20,991 bases of DNA from Azolla caroliniana (lineage: Eukaryota; Plantae; Polypodiophyta), in assembly GCA_043228905.1 (NCBI GenBank), contig JBHGNT010000550.1, positions 1 through 20,991 on the forward strand. Reading direction: 5' to 3'. Made by a program: the position numbers and the translations under genes. Numbering within the stretch: the first letter of the stretch is position 1; every line of letters starts with the position of its first letter. This document shows positions 20,201 to 20,991 of the stretch, one piece after another. Below the pieces are notes generated by a model. It made no database searches, was not told where the DNA came from, and saw nothing but the letters and a program-made list of their open reading frames with translations.

Positions 20201-20991
20201 TACCGCCATCTCCCGCTCTAGGGCTTCTTGTGCTTGGCGCAGTTCCCGAATTGCGTCCGGATCCGGCTCCTCACCGGCATCGTCCAGGTGCACGATATAT
20301 GGGGAGACAGCTTCGACAATGTCTACTTTTAACGAAGGGACTATCTTAGGGTTCTCCTCGAGGTATCGATCTACTTCTTCATCAGCAAGCGCTTCCAGCA
20401 TGTTCACGCTTTTGGCATACACCTCCTTGCTTGGGCCTGCACAGGTTTGTGTTGGTACTCTCACCTTAGTTTTGCCTCTTCGGAACGTAATATTGTTCTT
20501 CTACCAGTTTTGTTTAATATGAGCAGTACGTAACCATGGTCGTCCCAGCAACAGAGGATATGCTCCTTCATGTTTAACTGGAGAACCACCGCAAAAATCC
20601 GGAAGGCATGGCCTCCAATTGTCACTTCCAAGTCCCAAATCAATCCGGCCAGTCGTACTGATTTGGTGTCCGCAATCCAGAGCCAAAACGGGCATGGTTC
20701 CCATTCCTAGATTCCGAGAGTGTCACATGTTCATAGGCTTATTACATTTACTCCCGATCCACCATCAACAATTGTCCCCGGTACATCTCGTCCTTTGATG
20801 ATGGCGGTGATTGTTGGACTGCTCGTGTCGACCGCTACCGGTCCCTCTTCCGAATTTGAGAAGAACGCCGGAGCTGGTGCGGAACTTGGTGAGGCCAATG
20901 CTGATTTTAACCCATCGTTGAATTGGAGCACTAATTGCAGCAACCGACCTAGGGGTAGCATGATCTGGCATTCTTGTAGTGCCTACCATGT
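17247..20991 (-). pseudogene. pol: pol of element F, disrupted
   Basis: IVDGGSGVNVI; RVCVDYRKLN, FLDGFNGYNQI, FLDD; FVDASDIAIG, EREAL; WGLDFVGPF. Many stops and frameshifts; no chromodomain. Confidence 0.93.

Larger units (their letters stand above)
16049..20991 (-). mobile_element. Internal part of non-chromoviral Ty3/gypsy element F
   Basis: PR-RT-RH-IN followed by an extra ORF; runs off the right edge of the window. Confidence 0.9.

Noticed and set aside
13973-20522. Numerous plus-strand ORFs over elements E and F
   Set aside because: They are antisense shadows of gag, pol and the extra ORF, with no independent coding signal.

Overview
This window is eukaryotic land-plant DNA, probably from a non-seed plant such as a fern or moss (inferred from the transposon lineages, not proven). 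It is a nested retrotransposon cluster around one truncated host gene. From left to right: the 3' end of a decayed L1-type LINE (1-316); chromovirus-type Ty3/gypsy element A (+, 317-8009, 3' half lost); related chromovirus B inserted into A (-, 2310-7786, two LTRs, TGGCT target-site duplication, chromodomain); the 3' half of a Tnt1/Tork-like copia, C (-, ~8010-10213); a two-exon BAHD acyltransferase gene (+, 11106-11510 and 12261-~12915) whose C-terminus is replaced by the 5' end of a second copia, D (-, ~12916-13642); and the 5' part of non-chromoviral gypsy E (-, 13643-16048), inserted into the extra 3' ORF of related gypsy F (-, 16049-20991). All transposon reading frames are decayed or truncated. 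The most striking signal is a modular LTR design shared by A and B despite divergent sequence: an antisense tRNA-like A-box/B-box unit at the start of U3, heat-shock-element arrays, a TATA box, and an 11-nt predicted transcript start exactly complementary to the element's own PBS (Tf1-type self-priming, different 11-mer in each family). Both also share a covarying -1 frameshift pseudoknot. All calls were made by eye, with no database searches.
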